DNA from: an uncultured Pseudomonadota bacterium
GTDB taxonomy: Bacteria > Oederibacteriota > Muellerivitia > Muellerivitales > Muellerivitaceae
Direction: 5' to 3'
Assembly: GCA_963770835.1 (NCBI GenBank)
Contig: CAVYRH010000003.1
Span: 1 to 64,000 of the forward strand
Length of the DNA stretch: 64,000 bases
In this document: positions 1-10,712 of the stretch, piece after piece
Position numbering within the stretch: the stretch's first letter is position 1
Layout of the letters: each line of letters opens with the position of its first letter
The notes under the pieces: generated by a model
What the model was told of the DNA's origin: nothing
What the model saw: the letters and a program-made list of their open reading frames with translations, nothing else
Database searches by the model: none
Program-made: the position numbers and the translations under genes

Positions 1-807
1 CTGGAACACCAAAATATCCTGGGCAAAACCATTGAAAAAATCGCCTGGGAAAAAGCCGGGATTTTGAAGAAAGGCTGCCTGGCGGCAACCCTCCAGCCCC
101 ATTCCTCCGCGGCCCAAGTCATTGACCGGACGGCGCGGGAAAAAGGATCTTTGCTTTGGCTGGAAGGCCGTGATTTTACTTACCGAAAGACGCACCAATG
201 TTTTCATTGGGAAGGGCCCGGGCTTAGCCTGCATTTTAAAATGGCGGGTTTTCCGGAGTATCAAACCGCCAACGCATCGCTGGCCCTGGCGGGAATCCAA
301 TGTTTGAGGGCCTACGGTGTTCATGGGAGCGGCCAAGCTATCCGGGAGTCTTTTTCGAATACCCGCTGGCCCGGACGGTTGGAGGAAATCAGCCGGAAGC
401 CCCTCGTCATTTTGGACGGAGCCCATAATCCCGAGGCGGCCGGGGTTCTTTTAAGTTCCTTAAAAACGCGTTATCCCCGACGGAGATGGATTGTCTTAAA
501 CGGTTTTTTGACCGATAAGGATTATGGGGCTTTTGCGGGGATTCTGCGGCCTTTAAGCGACCTGTCCATCGTGACGGAACCCCAGAGTGAAAGGGCCGAG
601 GCCGCCCCAAAGGTTTTTAAGGCTTGGGAGGGGCAGGGGGTGCCGGCGTTATTAGTCAAAGACGGGGAGAAGGCCCTGAACTTGGCCCTTTCCAAATTGA
701 GCCAATATAAACAGGCCGCGGGCCTTTTGATCACGGGTTCCCTCTATTTAGTCGGGGCTTGCCGGAAACAGCTGGTGGGCCTCAAGGGATTGGCGCATTT
801 AAGCTAA
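1..807 (+). CDS. folC: Folylpolyglutamate synthase/dihydrofolate synthase, 5' part outside window
   Basis: Frame open from base 1 (EHQNILGKTIEKIAWEKAGILK); motifs WPGRLE, ILDGAHNP, ITGSLYLVG. Confidence 0.92.
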   Translation: MEHQNILGKTIEKIAWEKAGILKKGCLAATLQPHSSAAQVIDRTAREKGSLLWLEGRDFTYRKTHQCFHWEGPGLSLHFKMAGFPEYQTANASLALAGIQCLRAYGVHGSGQAIRESFSNTRWPGRLEEISRKPLVILDGAHNPEAAGVLLSSLKTRYPRRRWIVLNGFLTDKDYGAFAGILRPLSDLSIVTEPQSERAEAAPKVFKAWEGQGVPALLVKDGEKALNLALSKLSQYKQAAGLLITGSLYLVGACRKQLVGLKGLAHLS

Positions 808-874
808 GCCTTGTGAATTTGATCAAAGATTCCAGCGTAAAGATTTAAACTGGTCCCGCCACTGAGGGCCCAAA

Positions 875-1609
875 TTGAAAACCGCCTCCCGGAGGAATTC
901 GTTGCGAAAGAAAAACAGGCAACCGACGTTATCCATTATTGTCCCCGTCTTCAACGAGGAAAAAACCCTTTTGCACCTTTTGAAAAAGGTTCAAAAGGTA
1001 AAACTAAAGGGCTTGCGGAAGCAAATCGTGGTGGTGGACGACGGGTCAACCGACAAGACCCGGGCCTTGTTGAAGAAAATAAAAATGCCCAACGTCGAGA
1101 TTTATTACCATGAAAAAAACAAGGGGAAAGGCGCGGCCATCCGCACGGCCATCCCGCATACGACGGGGGATTATGTGGTTGTCCAGGACGCGGACCTTGA
1201 GTATGACCCCGCCGATTACGAGAAATTATTGGTTCCGCTCTTGGACGGCCTGGCGGACGTGGTTTACGGGTCGAGGTTCATGGGCACGCACCGGGCCTTC
1301 ATGTTCATGCACTATATGGGGAACATCTTCCTCAGTGTCGTGACTAGTGTCCTTTACGGGACCATCCTGACTGATATGGAAACCTGTTATAAGGTTTTCA
1401 AGGGCGACATCCTCCGGGGGCTCACCTTGCGCTCAAACCGGTTCGAGTTCGAGCCCGAGGTCACAGCCAAGCTTTTGAAGAAAAACTACAAGATTTTTGA
1501 AATGCCCATTTCCTACCGGGGAAGAAGTTTTTCCGAAGGAAAGAAGATCACCTGGCGGGACGGGATAACGGCCTTGGTGACGCTTATCCGCTACCGGTTC
1601 TCGGATTAA
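875..1609 (+). CDS. GT2 glycosyltransferase (DPM1-like)
   Basis: SIIVPVFNEE, VVDDGSTD, NKGKGAA, QDADLEYDP, DMETCYK. Confidence 0.9.
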   Translation: MKTASRRNSLRKKNRQPTLSIIVPVFNEEKTLLHLLKKVQKVKLKGLRKQIVVVDDGSTDKTRALLKKIKMPNVEIYYHEKNKGKGAAIRTAIPHTTGDYVVVQDADLEYDPADYEKLLVPLLDGLADVVYGSRFMGTHRAFMFMHYMGNIFLSVVTSVLYGTILTDMETCYKVFKGDILRGLTLRSNRFEFEPEVTAKLLKKNYKIFEMPISYRGRSFSEGKKITWRDGITALVTLIRYRFSD

Positions 1610-1720
1610 GAAGGTTCCCCGGGGGTAGGACTACGTTATTATTCACAAAGAAGGAAAAGCCTCAAATGGCATTTCCGTAATCCACTTCTCGGCTGGCCAT
1701 TAAAAAGTTTGTCCACGACG

Positions 1721-3661
1721 GTGCGTCCAGAAAAGGCAGGTGTGTTCAGCAAGAGATAGTCTTGCATGGGTAATAGCCAAAGCCCATTAGCTAGGATGGC
1801 AGGCAAGCGGGAAACCAAATGCCTGAAGCCCATCAACAAAGCCATCGAAAGGATGGTGAGCGAGTCGTCGGGCCGTAACGAAAGTAAATGCACAGGTGGC
1901 CCCGAAAACACTTGCCTCGGAGGCTGAGTCCGCCGTCGTGGGACGAAAGCATCATGGGACAGCGCGGAGAAATGGCTGAAGCGCTGGAACACTCCGACGG
2001 GGTGATAGCAACGGCACGAAGACAAGGACACGCCAAGCAACTGGAGAAACCCTCCTTGCCCCAGGCAGAAATGCTTGGAGAAAGGTAGGCCGTATAACCG
2101 TGACGCGGGAAAACGGTCGAAGGTGAGAGGGTTTAGGATGGGTTCATGGTAGCGATGAAGCGGGGTAATGCCCGTGGAGCGAAGGAACCCTGCTGTTGTT
2201 AAGTCCCTCGACAAAACGGAAGGCAGTGACGGTATGAAAAAGACGTCAATTAACCTGCAAGACCTGAGACGAGAGATATACGTCAAAGCGAAGGCTGAAA
2301 AGAACTGGAGTTTCTGGGGACTGTACACCCATGTTTGCAAGATGGAAACGCTTCAACAGGCTTACCGAATGGCTAAGGTAAATAACGGAGCCCCTGGAAT
2401 AGATGGGGTGACGTTTGATGCCATTGAGGAGGCCGGAGTGGAGTCGTTTCTGGAAAGCATCCGGGGTGAATTAGTTCAAGGCACGTATAAGCCCGTTCGA
2501 AACCGGAAGAAGGAAATACCCAAGGGAAATGGGAAGGTAAGAGTCCTTGGGATACCCAACATTCGGGATAGAGTAGTCCAGGGAGCACTGAAGTTTATTC
2601 TGGAACCGATTTTTGAGGCCGATTTTCAAGAAGGGTCCTATGGGTATCGACCCAAGCGGACCGCTCATGCGGCTGTGAACAGGGTAGCATCGGCAATCGT
2701 CTGTAGAAAAACCCGAGTCATTGATGTAGACCTCAAGGCATATTTCGACACGGTAAGGCACGACCTTCTGATGAAGAAAGTTGCCCGAAGGGTTGAGGAT
2801 GAAACGGTGTTGAGATTGTTGAGGATGATCCTGAAGGCCAGCGGCAAAAGAGGAGTCCCGCAGGGAGGGGTTATTTCCCCTCTTCTGGCTAATCTCTACC
2901 TCAACGAGGTGGATAAGATGCTGGAAAAGGCAAAAGAAGTGACTCGGCAAGGGAAGAACAACTATATCGAATATGCGAGGTTCGCTGACGATATGGTGAT
3001 CCTTGTTAATGGATATCCGCAATGGGAATGGTTGGCAAAGGCTGCCTACCGAAGGTTACTTGAAGAATTGACCAAGCTCGACTTGCAAATCAACACGGAC
3101 AAGACGCGGATAGCAGACTTAACGAAAGGTGAAAGTTTCGGGTTTCTGGGGTTTGACTTTCGACAGGTGAAAACCCGTCGAGGGAAATGGGGGGTGAAGT
3201 TCACGCCGAAAATGAAGGCGCGAGCAACACTTCTGGGTAAGCTCAAGGAAACATTTGGAAGCTTCCAATCTCAGCCGGTGCAGAGGGTGATTGAGATTAT
3301 CAATCCCAAACTGCGTGGGTGGGTGAATTACTTTCGGATAGGGAATTCTAGGCGCTGTTTTAACTACGTGGAAAGATGGGTCGAGAATAAAATCAGACGG
3401 CATATGATGCGTGCGAAGAAGCTCGACGGTTTTGGGCGGGATAGGTGGAGTAGGGAGTGGATATATAAGTATCTGGGGTTGTACAGAAGCTACCAAATAC
3501 GATATTACCAAGAACCGAAAGCGCTACCCGTCTGATAGGTCACATAAACTTTGACAGGAAAGCAACAGGTGAGCGTAGTGCGGGAAATCCGCACGCTACG
3601 TTCGAGGAGGCGGGGACTGGAAACGGAGCCAGAAGGCCACCGCACCAGTCCTCGACCCTAC
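1721..3661 (+). mobile_element. Group II intron family A, intact, inserted inside a 28-bp site
   Basis: 5' GTGCG at 1721; domain V-like GAGCGTAGTGCGGGAAATCCGCACGCTACGTTC; 3' end CGACCCTAC; flanks rejoin to TGTCCACGACG|GGGACCCATCGTGGACA. Confidence 0.92.
2234..3535 (+). CDS. ltrA: Group II intron reverse transcriptase/maturase, no obvious endonuclease domain (ATG 2234 preferred over 2168)
   Basis: GAPGIDG, LGIPNIRDRVVQ, SYGYRP, GVPQGGVISPLLANLYL, YARFADD, LRGWVNYF. Confidence 0.93.
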   Translation: MKKTSINLQDLRREIYVKAKAEKNWSFWGLYTHVCKMETLQQAYRMAKVNNGAPGIDGVTFDAIEEAGVESFLESIRGELVQGTYKPVRNRKKEIPKGNGKVRVLGIPNIRDRVVQGALKFILEPIFEADFQEGSYGYRPKRTAHAAVNRVASAIVCRKTRVIDVDLKAYFDTVRHDLLMKKVARRVEDETVLRLLRMILKASGKRGVPQGGVISPLLANLYLNEVDKMLEKAKEVTRQGKNNYIEYARFADDMVILVNGYPQWEWLAKAAYRRLLEELTKLDLQINTDKTRIADLTKGESFGFLGFDFRQVKTRRGKWGVKFTPKMKARATLLGKLKETFGSFQSQPVQRVIEIINPKLRGWVNYFRIGNSRRCFNYVERWVENKIRRHMMRAKKLDGFGRDRWSREWIYKYLGLYRSYQIRYYQEPKALPV

Positions 3662-3678
3662 GGGACCCATCGTGGACA

Positions 3679-4478
3679 TCGTGCCAGAGGAGGGTTTGCA
3701 GAGCCAGCAGGTGAGGGAGTAGGCCGATGAGGGTCAACCCAAGTCCTGACCAGGTAATCACCAGAGAGCCTGGAAGTCAGCCCCCGGCGTAGGATCGAGA
3801 GGTCCTGCCCGAAACGGGGTCATAAACCTCATTTAGTGAGGGAACAATCCAGCAGTCCGCAACATCAAGTGAATCCTGCCGCTTCGTGAATGGGACACCG
3901 AAAGGTGCAAGGGGATGCCGAGCCGCGTGTCTACTGGCGAAGGCCACGATCCCGCTGAAGAATCTGGTAGCAAGCGGGGCAAGTCCTCCGGAGTATGGGG
4001 AACGGAATGTTGGAAAGGCTATGCAAGCAAGCTGGGAGATCCTACCCGCCAAAAGACTTGCCGCTATAAGGCTAAAACCGAAAAGAGGCAAGGGTGGGAG
4101 GAAGTCGGAGGGGGTCACAGTACCGATGAAGGGGTGGACAACAAAACCACCCTGAGGGAAGGACCCCTGCTTCAACCATGTGTCTCAAAGAAGGTAGGCG
4201 CTGGAGCATGCCCCAAAAGGGCCAACAACTCTGTAGTACCAAAGCGCGAGGCCTTTGACAACAGGCACTATGCCGAGCGGCCAAGGGGGAAGTCGAACCT
4301 GTAAAGCCGCCGGAGGAGAGGTTGTCGGAAAGCCGTATGATCGAAAAGGTCACGTACGGTTTGACGAGGGGGCGCTGGAAACGAAGTGATGAGGGAACCT
4401 CGTTGGGGCACGGAACCGGAAACGGGGAAACAGATCAAGGAACCCTCTGCACACCATCGCGCCAGTGCTCTACTCTGC
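3679..4478 (+). mobile_element. ORF-less group II intron family B, copy 1 (800 bp)
   Basis: Domain V AAGCCGTATGATCGAAAAGGTCACGTACGGTT; homologous to both ends of the RT-bearing element at 39444-42944; same sequence at 38312-39111. Confidence 0.88.
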
Positions 4479-4539
4479 AGGGTTCGGGAAGGGAGAAGCA
4501 GTTTATAGATCCGGTACAAATGATTTGAAGTGCAGGTAA

Positions 4540-4711
4540 GGCCTTTATAGATAGTTTGAAGCGTGGGGTTAATCTCCCCTCGTTCAATGAAGCCGATTTG
4601 GCCGAAGTCCAAACCACAGCTTTCTCCAAATTCTTCCTGTGTCAGTTCTAATTTGAGGCGGTCGTCGCCTGACCCATTTGTTCCCAGGACTATTTTCTGT
4701 CGTAAGCCCAT
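4540..4711 (-). pseudogene. XRE-family helix-turn-helix remnant
   Basis: LTQEEFGESCGLDFGQIGFIERGEINPTLQTIYK; the ORF then runs into intron sequence. Confidence 0.55.
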
Positions 4712-4761
4712 CGAGGCATTTATACTTTAGCCGAAATTAATTTTTTGAAGCGAGAGAACGA

Positions 4762-5865
4762 ATGGCCTTTATCAGTAAAAACCAACTGCTCAAATTTGAA
4801 AAAAGTCTCAAACGGGAAAAAGTTTTAAAACAAGAAATCCTCATGTTTCAGCAAGTCGTGGAGGCCCTTCGCCTGGGTTTGAGCCAGGAAAATCTGTTCA
4901 AATTGATCCTTCGTTCCGTCACTAAGGGATTGGGTTTTAAACGGTGCGGCATTTTCCTTTTGGAACCCGGCAGCCGTTATATCAAATTGGTCTTGGGAAT
5001 TGATAAAAATGGGCGCTTTGAAAGAAACAAAGACCGGCTGCCACTTTACGGCCCCAAAGCGCACAATTTCTTTAAGAACATCGTCGTTGGCCGAAAAAAA
5101 TATTTCCTGAGCAATAACACTGACAAACGTATCCCCAAACAGTATCAATACCGAGTTCCGGTCATGAACAACGCTATGGTTCCAATCCAAGTAGGAAAAG
5201 GTCGAATCATTGGCACCTTGGCGGTGGACAACCTCAACACTTACCGCTTCATTTCCCGCTCGGACGTGGCCATGCTGACGAACTACGCCACGCAGGTGGG
5301 GCTGGCGATCCAATCACTGAAAACCCATACGGAAATGGCGAAAATGGCGACCATTGACGCTTTAACGGGCCTGCACAATCGCCGGTATTTCGACCAGACG
5401 TTGATCAGCGAATTTAAACGCTGCCAACGCTATGAACGGTGCTTCAGCCTGATCCTTGCCGATGTTGATTTTTTTAAACGTGTCAACGACACCTACGGCC
5501 ATTCTGCGGGGGACGCGATCTTGAAATGGCTGGCCACGCTGTTCCAGAATAACGTTCGAAACATGGACCTTGTGGCGCGGGTGGGAGGTGAGGAATTCGC
5601 CGTGTTATTGCCGGAAACACCGCCTAATGTCCTTTCGGTGGTTATCCGGCGTTTATTAAAAGCCGTGAGGGAAGGCATCCCTCCTGTCCCCGCGATGGTC
5701 TGCGAAAAGAAAGGGATCACCATCAGTTTGGGAATTGCCAGTTTTCGAAAGGGATCGACCACGGCCCAGCAAATCTACAAGCTGGCTGATCAAAGCCTTT
5801 ACCAGGCCAAAAATAAGGGCCGCAACCGCGCCGGCCGGGTTCTTACGGTCACTCCAAAAGGATAA
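4762..5865 (+). CDS. GAF-sensor diguanylate cyclase
   Basis: DALTGLHNRR, DVDFFKRVNDTYGH, RxxD I-site followed by GGEEF; N-terminal GAF-like region. Confidence 0.92.
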   Translation: MAFISKNQLLKFEKSLKREKVLKQEILMFQQVVEALRLGLSQENLFKLILRSVTKGLGFKRCGIFLLEPGSRYIKLVLGIDKNGRFERNKDRLPLYGPKAHNFFKNIVVGRKKYFLSNNTDKRIPKQYQYRVPVMNNAMVPIQVGKGRIIGTLAVDNLNTYRFISRSDVAMLTNYATQVGLAIQSLKTHTEMAKMATIDALTGLHNRRYFDQTLISEFKRCQRYERCFSLILADVDFFKRVNDTYGHSAGDAILKWLATLFQNNVRNMDLVARVGGEEFAVLLPETPPNVLSVVIRRLLKAVREGIPPVPAMVCEKKGITISLGIASFRKGSTTAQQIYKLADQSLYQAKNKGRNRAGRVLTVTPKG

Positions 5866-5903
5866 ATGCCGGTACAAATCTCTTTTTAATTAGGTCGGAA
5901 ACC

Positions 5904-5939
5904 TGTCCACGACTGGGAGGTGTAATGACCAGGTGGACA
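5904..5939 (+). repeat. Variant of the 28-bp site with an expanded centre
   Basis: TGTCCACGACT-GGGAGGTGTAATGACC-AGGTGGACA, 38 bp after the GGDEF stop. Confidence 0.6.
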
Positions 5940-6025
5940 ATGGGAGTCCAACCGATGGCTTATTCGTCCCTTCTTCAAAAAAGGGTTTGGGGGAACATAG
6001 TTAAAACCATTTCTCGGGAGCGGTC

Positions 6026-6931
6026 TTGAAAACAAATGCGCACAACCTCAGAATCCTAGTCACGGGAGTCACAGCCGACCCTCCCGGCGCGACTTATGGG
6101 CCCCGGGTAGCCAATAATTACGAATTGATATGGATTATGGAGGGCGAGGTCCATGCGACCTTTGGCCGGACGCTGATCCAGGGTAAAGAAGGTACGATTC
6201 TCTTCCGTTATCCCGGAGTCAGGGATTATTACGAATGGTCCAAACAGGGCCGGACAGTCCATGCCTATGTTCAATTCGAGATTCCTCAGAAAAACGGATT
6301 TGAGATCCCCCCCAAAGGAGTCCCCCTGTTCCGGCACATGCCGCCGAATGATGTGCTCAGGCCCTTGTTCGGTTATTTCTTGAGATTGGATGAGTTGAAA
6401 GGCAAAAAAATAAACGATTTGATGAGCGCGACTTTGGAGTTGATGTTGAATAGTTATTTTTCCGGAAAGATAGAAGTCAAAGCCCTGCTGCCATCGCAAT
6501 TTCCCGAATTGGTCGAGCGAACGATCGAATTCATCACCAGTCACAACGAAAAAGATCCGACCGGAAAATTCAATCTGACCGAATTATCCCGGTTGGTTCA
6601 TTCCTCGCCGGAAAATTTATGCCGTCTTTTCCAAAAGACACTCCATTTGGGTCCCCTTGAATACGTCAAAATGCTTCGGCTGGACAGGGCCGCCAATCTT
6701 TTGCGCCGTTCGAACCATAGTCTTAAAGAAATTGCCGCCCAGACCGGGTTCTATGATTCTTTCCATCTTTCCAAGAGTTTCAAGAAGGTTTATGGACTTT
6801 CGCCAAAGGATTTCAAAGTATCTCCCTTCAATGAATGGATCTGTCAAAAAAACCCCATCATCCGCACCCTTTACAGCCGGTCGGACCTCAAGGCCCTCAC
6901 CGCTTCCCAAGCCCATTCGGGAAAAAGCTGA
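6026..6931 (+). CDS. AraC-family transcriptional regulator
   Basis: C-terminal double HTH (LRLDRAANLL, IAAQTGFYDSFHLSKSFKKVYGLSP); cupin-like N terminus. Confidence 0.92.
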   Translation: MKTNAHNLRILVTGVTADPPGATYGPRVANNYELIWIMEGEVHATFGRTLIQGKEGTILFRYPGVRDYYEWSKQGRTVHAYVQFEIPQKNGFEIPPKGVPLFRHMPPNDVLRPLFGYFLRLDELKGKKINDLMSATLELMLNSYFSGKIEVKALLPSQFPELVERTIEFITSHNEKDPTGKFNLTELSRLVHSSPENLCRLFQKTLHLGPLEYVKMLRLDRAANLLRRSNHSLKEIAAQTGFYDSFHLSKSFKKVYGLSPKDFKVSPFNEWICQKNPIIRTLYSRSDLKALTASQAHSGKS

Positions 6932-7075
6932 ATATCGTTCTCTTTCTGGATGCCATCAAAATCTTCTATCCATTCGTCAGTCCTGTACATGGCCTAAACT
7001 CCAATACCCGATAAACTGAAACTGTTAGAGGCCGTCCTTACGGGGCCGGCTCAAAACAGTTTTGCGGGATGGCTT

Positions 7076-9922
7076 ATGTGGACTGAAATCCAGAAAAAAT
7101 CAAACTCTTTAAAGAGCCTCTTTCTCTTTTTTTTATTTTCCTCGTTGTTATCGTTATCTGTTCAACCCGCCTTGGCAGACCCGCAATGGACCATGGTATG
7201 GAATGATGAATTCAATGGCGCCGCCGGTTCCGCCCCCGACCCAACCCATTGGACTTATGACACGGGTGGTGGCGGCTGGGGAAACGGGGAATTAGAAACT
7301 TATACCAACACCACAGCGAACGCTTATCTGGACGGAAGCGGACATCTGGTCATTCAGGCTTTGGATAGTGGGGGCAATTATACTTCAGCCCGCATGAAGA
7401 CCCAGGGGGTCTTTGACCAGGCTTACGGCATGATCGAAGCTTCCATTCAACTTCCCGCGGGCGGCTCGGGCATTTGGCCGGCTTGGTGGATGCTGGGGCA
7501 AAATATTGGAACCGTCAGCTGGCCGGCTTGCGGTGAAATTGACATGCTGGAAGATGGGCTGCCCTGGTCCAACACCGTTATCGGAGAACATGTGCACGGC
7601 CCGGTAGGCGGCGGTGATTACAACGGTGGAGCGGGAGTGGGAAACAATTATTCGTTGCCCAGCGGAACGGTTAACAGCGGGTTTCATACTTACGGTGTGC
7701 AATGGAGTCCCAATCAGATCCAATTCTTCATCGACGGCACGATTGAACAGACCCTGACTCCCGGCTCTATTCCGGGCGGCGGTACGTACGTTTTTAACCA
7801 TCCTTTCTTTATGCTTTTGAACCTGGCGATCGGCGGCCCCTCGGGAAGCCCCGCGGGTGTTTCATTTCCCCAGCAGATGTTGGTGGATTATGTGCGTGTT
7901 TACAAGCTCACGGATAACGGCACTTCACCCTATGGCGGTACGGCGGCAGTCGTACCGGGAACTATTCAGGCGGAAAATTTTGATACCTATAACGACACCA
8001 ACGATCCGGTAGAGCCCGGCGAGGGTTTTGCTTACAACTCATTGCCAACTACCAACGTTAGCGGACAGTACCGCACAGGCGACGCCATTAGTGAGGAGGC
8101 CTGCAGTGATACGGGTGGCGGCTACGATGTGGACTATACCAGCCCGGGCCAATGGCTTCAGTACACGATTAATGTGACTCAAAGCGGAACCTATAATCTG
8201 GATGCCCGGGTGGCCAGCAGCGGCCAGGGCGGCACTTTCCATTTTGATTTGGACGGCAACGCCATTACGGGTGAGACGACCTGTCCCAATACGGGCGGAT
8301 GGCAGAGCTGGCAGGATGTGGTAGTTAATGTCGGAAACATCAACGCCGGTCAGCACGTTCTGCTTTTAGTTGAGGACACTATGGGGGCGGGTAATTTGGG
8401 CGTTTGTAATTTTAATTATGTCAATCTGAGCCTTGCCAACCCGCCCACGCCCACCCCCACCTTTACGCCGGTGGTTTCCGCCACTTGGCGGGTGAACGCG
8501 GGCGGTCCCAGTTATCTCGACACTCAGGGCAATACCTGGTCCGCGGATACTAATTACACAGGCGGTACGGGTAATACGATTGGCGGCGCCATTAGTGGAA
8601 CCGCGGACGCCACTCTTTACGACTCTCAGCGCTATGGTGCCAGCTTTAATTACATCTTTAATGTACCAGCGGGTTCTTATCAGGTTACGTTAAAGTTTGC
8701 CGAGACTTACTCAGGGGATTTCGGGGTGGGCGACAGGCTTTTCAACGTTTCCATTAATGGTACACAGGTTTTGTCAAACTTCGACATTTACGCCAAGGTA
8801 GGCGCTAACGCGGCATTGGATGAGATTTTCAATAACATTGCCCCCAGCGGGGGCGCCATTACCATCCAATTCAATGGTACAACCAGCCCGGATCCCATCG
8901 CGGTGATTGAAGCCATTGCGGTTATTCCGCAGCCCGCCACAGCCACCCCGACTTATACAGTGACTAATACAACTACCAATACGCCAGCCTATACGTTCAC
9001 GAATACGTCTACTAATACTCCAACTTCAACCGCGACCAATACAGTCACCAACACTTTCACAAAGACAGCGACCAATACCCCAACCAATACTCTGACCAAT
9101 ACCTCCACAGGAACCGCTCAACCCACCAACACTTTCACTAACACCGCTACTGAAACTTCTACAAATACGCCGACGGCAACCGCGACTAACATCGTGACCA
9201 ATACGGTTACGAACACGAACACAGGAACCGCTCAGCAAACGAATACAGCCACAAATACGCCGATGAACACTTATACTTTGACAGTGACAAATACTCCTAC
9301 CAATACCGCCACTAAAACAGACACCAATACATCCACTAATACGCCGACGAGCACTTCTACCTCGACGATGACCTACACGCCTACCAACACTCCCACTAAA
9401 ACCCTTACGAACACCCCAACCCATACGCCCACGGATACAACAACCTCAACACCGACCAATTCGCCCACCAGTACCCGCACTAATACTCTGACCAACACGG
9501 CGACGAATACCCCAACCGTTACAACAACTTTTACGAGAACCAATACATCCACAGCAACGTCAACCTTTACTTCTACCAGTACTTCTAGTCACACGAATAC
9601 TCTTACCATTACACCGACTTACACGCCGACGATCACCGAGAACATTGTGATCGCCGAGCCTTACCCAAATCCCTCCAGCGGATCGCCGATTACGTTTAAT
9701 GTTCAGGTGCCAGGTGAATCGACGGTGACGCTGGATGTGTTTACGCTGGCCTTCCGAAAAGTGTACACGGAAACAATTCGTGCTTACGGCCCTGTGACCC
9801 TTCAATGGGACTTAAGAGACGTTTCAGGAGCTCTGGTTTCGAACGGGGTTTATTATGCGCGTGTTCATGTCGCGGGCAGTCAATCGGCGACAAAAATTCT
9901 TAAAGTCCTCATCCTGAGATAA
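7076..9922 (+). CDS. Secreted GH16 beta-1,3-glucanase with CBM6-like and malectin-like modules, Thr/Pro linker and C-terminal sorting-like domain
   Basis: Signal peptide; WNDEF, GWGNGELE, YTSARM, GIWPAWW, catalytic EIDMLE; IQAENFD; RVNAGG and LKFAE; PYPNPS C-terminal domain. Confidence 0.88.
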   Translation: MWTEIQKKSNSLKSLFLFFLFSSLLSLSVQPALADPQWTMVWNDEFNGAAGSAPDPTHWTYDTGGGGWGNGELETYTNTTANAYLDGSGHLVIQALDSGGNYTSARMKTQGVFDQAYGMIEASIQLPAGGSGIWPAWWMLGQNIGTVSWPACGEIDMLEDGLPWSNTVIGEHVHGPVGGGDYNGGAGVGNNYSLPSGTVNSGFHTYGVQWSPNQIQFFIDGTIEQTLTPGSIPGGGTYVFNHPFFMLLNLAIGGPSGSPAGVSFPQQMLVDYVRVYKLTDNGTSPYGGTAAVVPGTIQAENFDTYNDTNDPVEPGEGFAYNSLPTTNVSGQYRTGDAISEEACSDTGGGYDVDYTSPGQWLQYTINVTQSGTYNLDARVASSGQGGTFHFDLDGNAITGETTCPNTGGWQSWQDVVVNVGNINAGQHVLLLVEDTMGAGNLGVCNFNYVNLSLANPPTPTPTFTPVVSATWRVNAGGPSYLDTQGNTWSADTNYTGGTGNTIGGAISGTADATLYDSQRYGASFNYIFNVPAGSYQVTLKFAETYSGDFGVGDRLFNVSINGTQVLSNFDIYAKVGANAALDEIFNNIAPSGGAITIQFNGTTSPDPIAVIEAIAVIPQPATATPTYTVTNTTTNTPAYTFTNTSTNTPTSTATNTVTNTFTKTATNTPTNTLTNTSTGTAQPTNTFTNTATETSTNTPTATATNIVTNTVTNTNTGTAQQTNTATNTPMNTYTLTVTNTPTNTATKTDTNTSTNTPTSTSTSTMTYTPTNTPTKTLTNTPTHTPTDTTTSTPTNSPTSTRTNTLTNTATNTPTVTTTFTRTNTSTATSTFTSTSTSSHTNTLTITPTYTPTITENIVIAEPYPNPSSGSPITFNVQVPGESTVTLDVFTLAFRKVYTETIRAYGPVTLQWDLRDVSGALVSNGVYYARVHVAGSQSATKILKVLILR

Positions 9923-9956
9923 AATTTATTTGGAAACAAAACGTCTGACCACCACC

Positions 9957-10008
9957 TGTCCAGAACGGGGAACGCCACGCACCGCAGCTTGACGCAGTGG
10001 CATTGGAC
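9957..10008 (+). repeat. Degenerate 28-bp site with an internal insertion
   Basis: TGTCCAGAACG-GGGAAC...ATTGGAC, at the same offset from its gene end as the intact site at 14921. Confidence 0.55.
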
Positions 10009-10183
10009 GAATTCTTATGATTCAAACCTGTCGTCAAAAATTGTCACTTTCAGTTTAGGTTTCTAGCCTTTCCTTAGCCTTGAGGCCACCATCAATTCCA
10101 TCCATTCCTTAGATAATTCCGTCCATTTTGTTTTTCCGGCAAAGGCAGTATTTTGTTTTTCAAGGAATTGGGCGGAGGGGGAA

Positions 10184-10546
10184 ATGCCGAAAACTAAAAT
10201 AGTCATTAACCGCAGGGTTAATCCCCGGGTTTTGATCAAGGTCCCCGTTAAATTCGTTCCGGCAGAAGATAAAAAAGTCTCCAAAAAGATCGAGGATTGG
10301 CGCGAATCCAAGAAATGTGGATTCACTCTTGATTTGAGCACTGGCGGCATGCAGCTTGCTGCGGACCATCACTTGACGGTCGGCAGCGTGTTGGAATTTA
10401 ACATTTACATCTTGGACAAGGTGAAGGTCGTGACCGTCTATGCCAAGGTGGTGTGGACGAATAAGAATAGCACCGGACTTCATTTCCTTCTGATTAAACC
10501 CGCCGAAATGGACGCCTTGACGTCTTTCCTTCAAAAGGCTTCTTAA
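10184..10546 (+). CDS. PilZ-domain protein (c-di-GMP receptor)
   Basis: RxxxR (RRVNPR) and DxSxGG (DLSTGG) motifs. Confidence 0.88.
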   Translation: MPKTKIVINRRVNPRVLIKVPVKFVPAEDKKVSKKIEDWRESKKCGFTLDLSTGGMQLAADHHLTVGSVLEFNIYILDKVKVVTVYAKVVWTNKNSTGLHFLLIKPAEMDALTSFLQKAS

Positions 10547-10712
10547 CGCAACGTTTATATAGTTTCTAACCCGATTTTTGACCCCGGTTAATCCCATCCA
10601 TCCTTTTGATAATTCCGTCAATTCTTATTAACGGACTTCTTTGCGATCATTACGTCACGGGTTGGTCCGAGGCCGTCTGAAAACGCTTCGGGCAAATGAT
10701 CGCAGGGGCGAA

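Noticed and set aside
3777..4528. Short ORFs inside the ORF-less introns (also 38410-39019)
   Set aside because: They overlap structured intron RNA and show no protein motifs.
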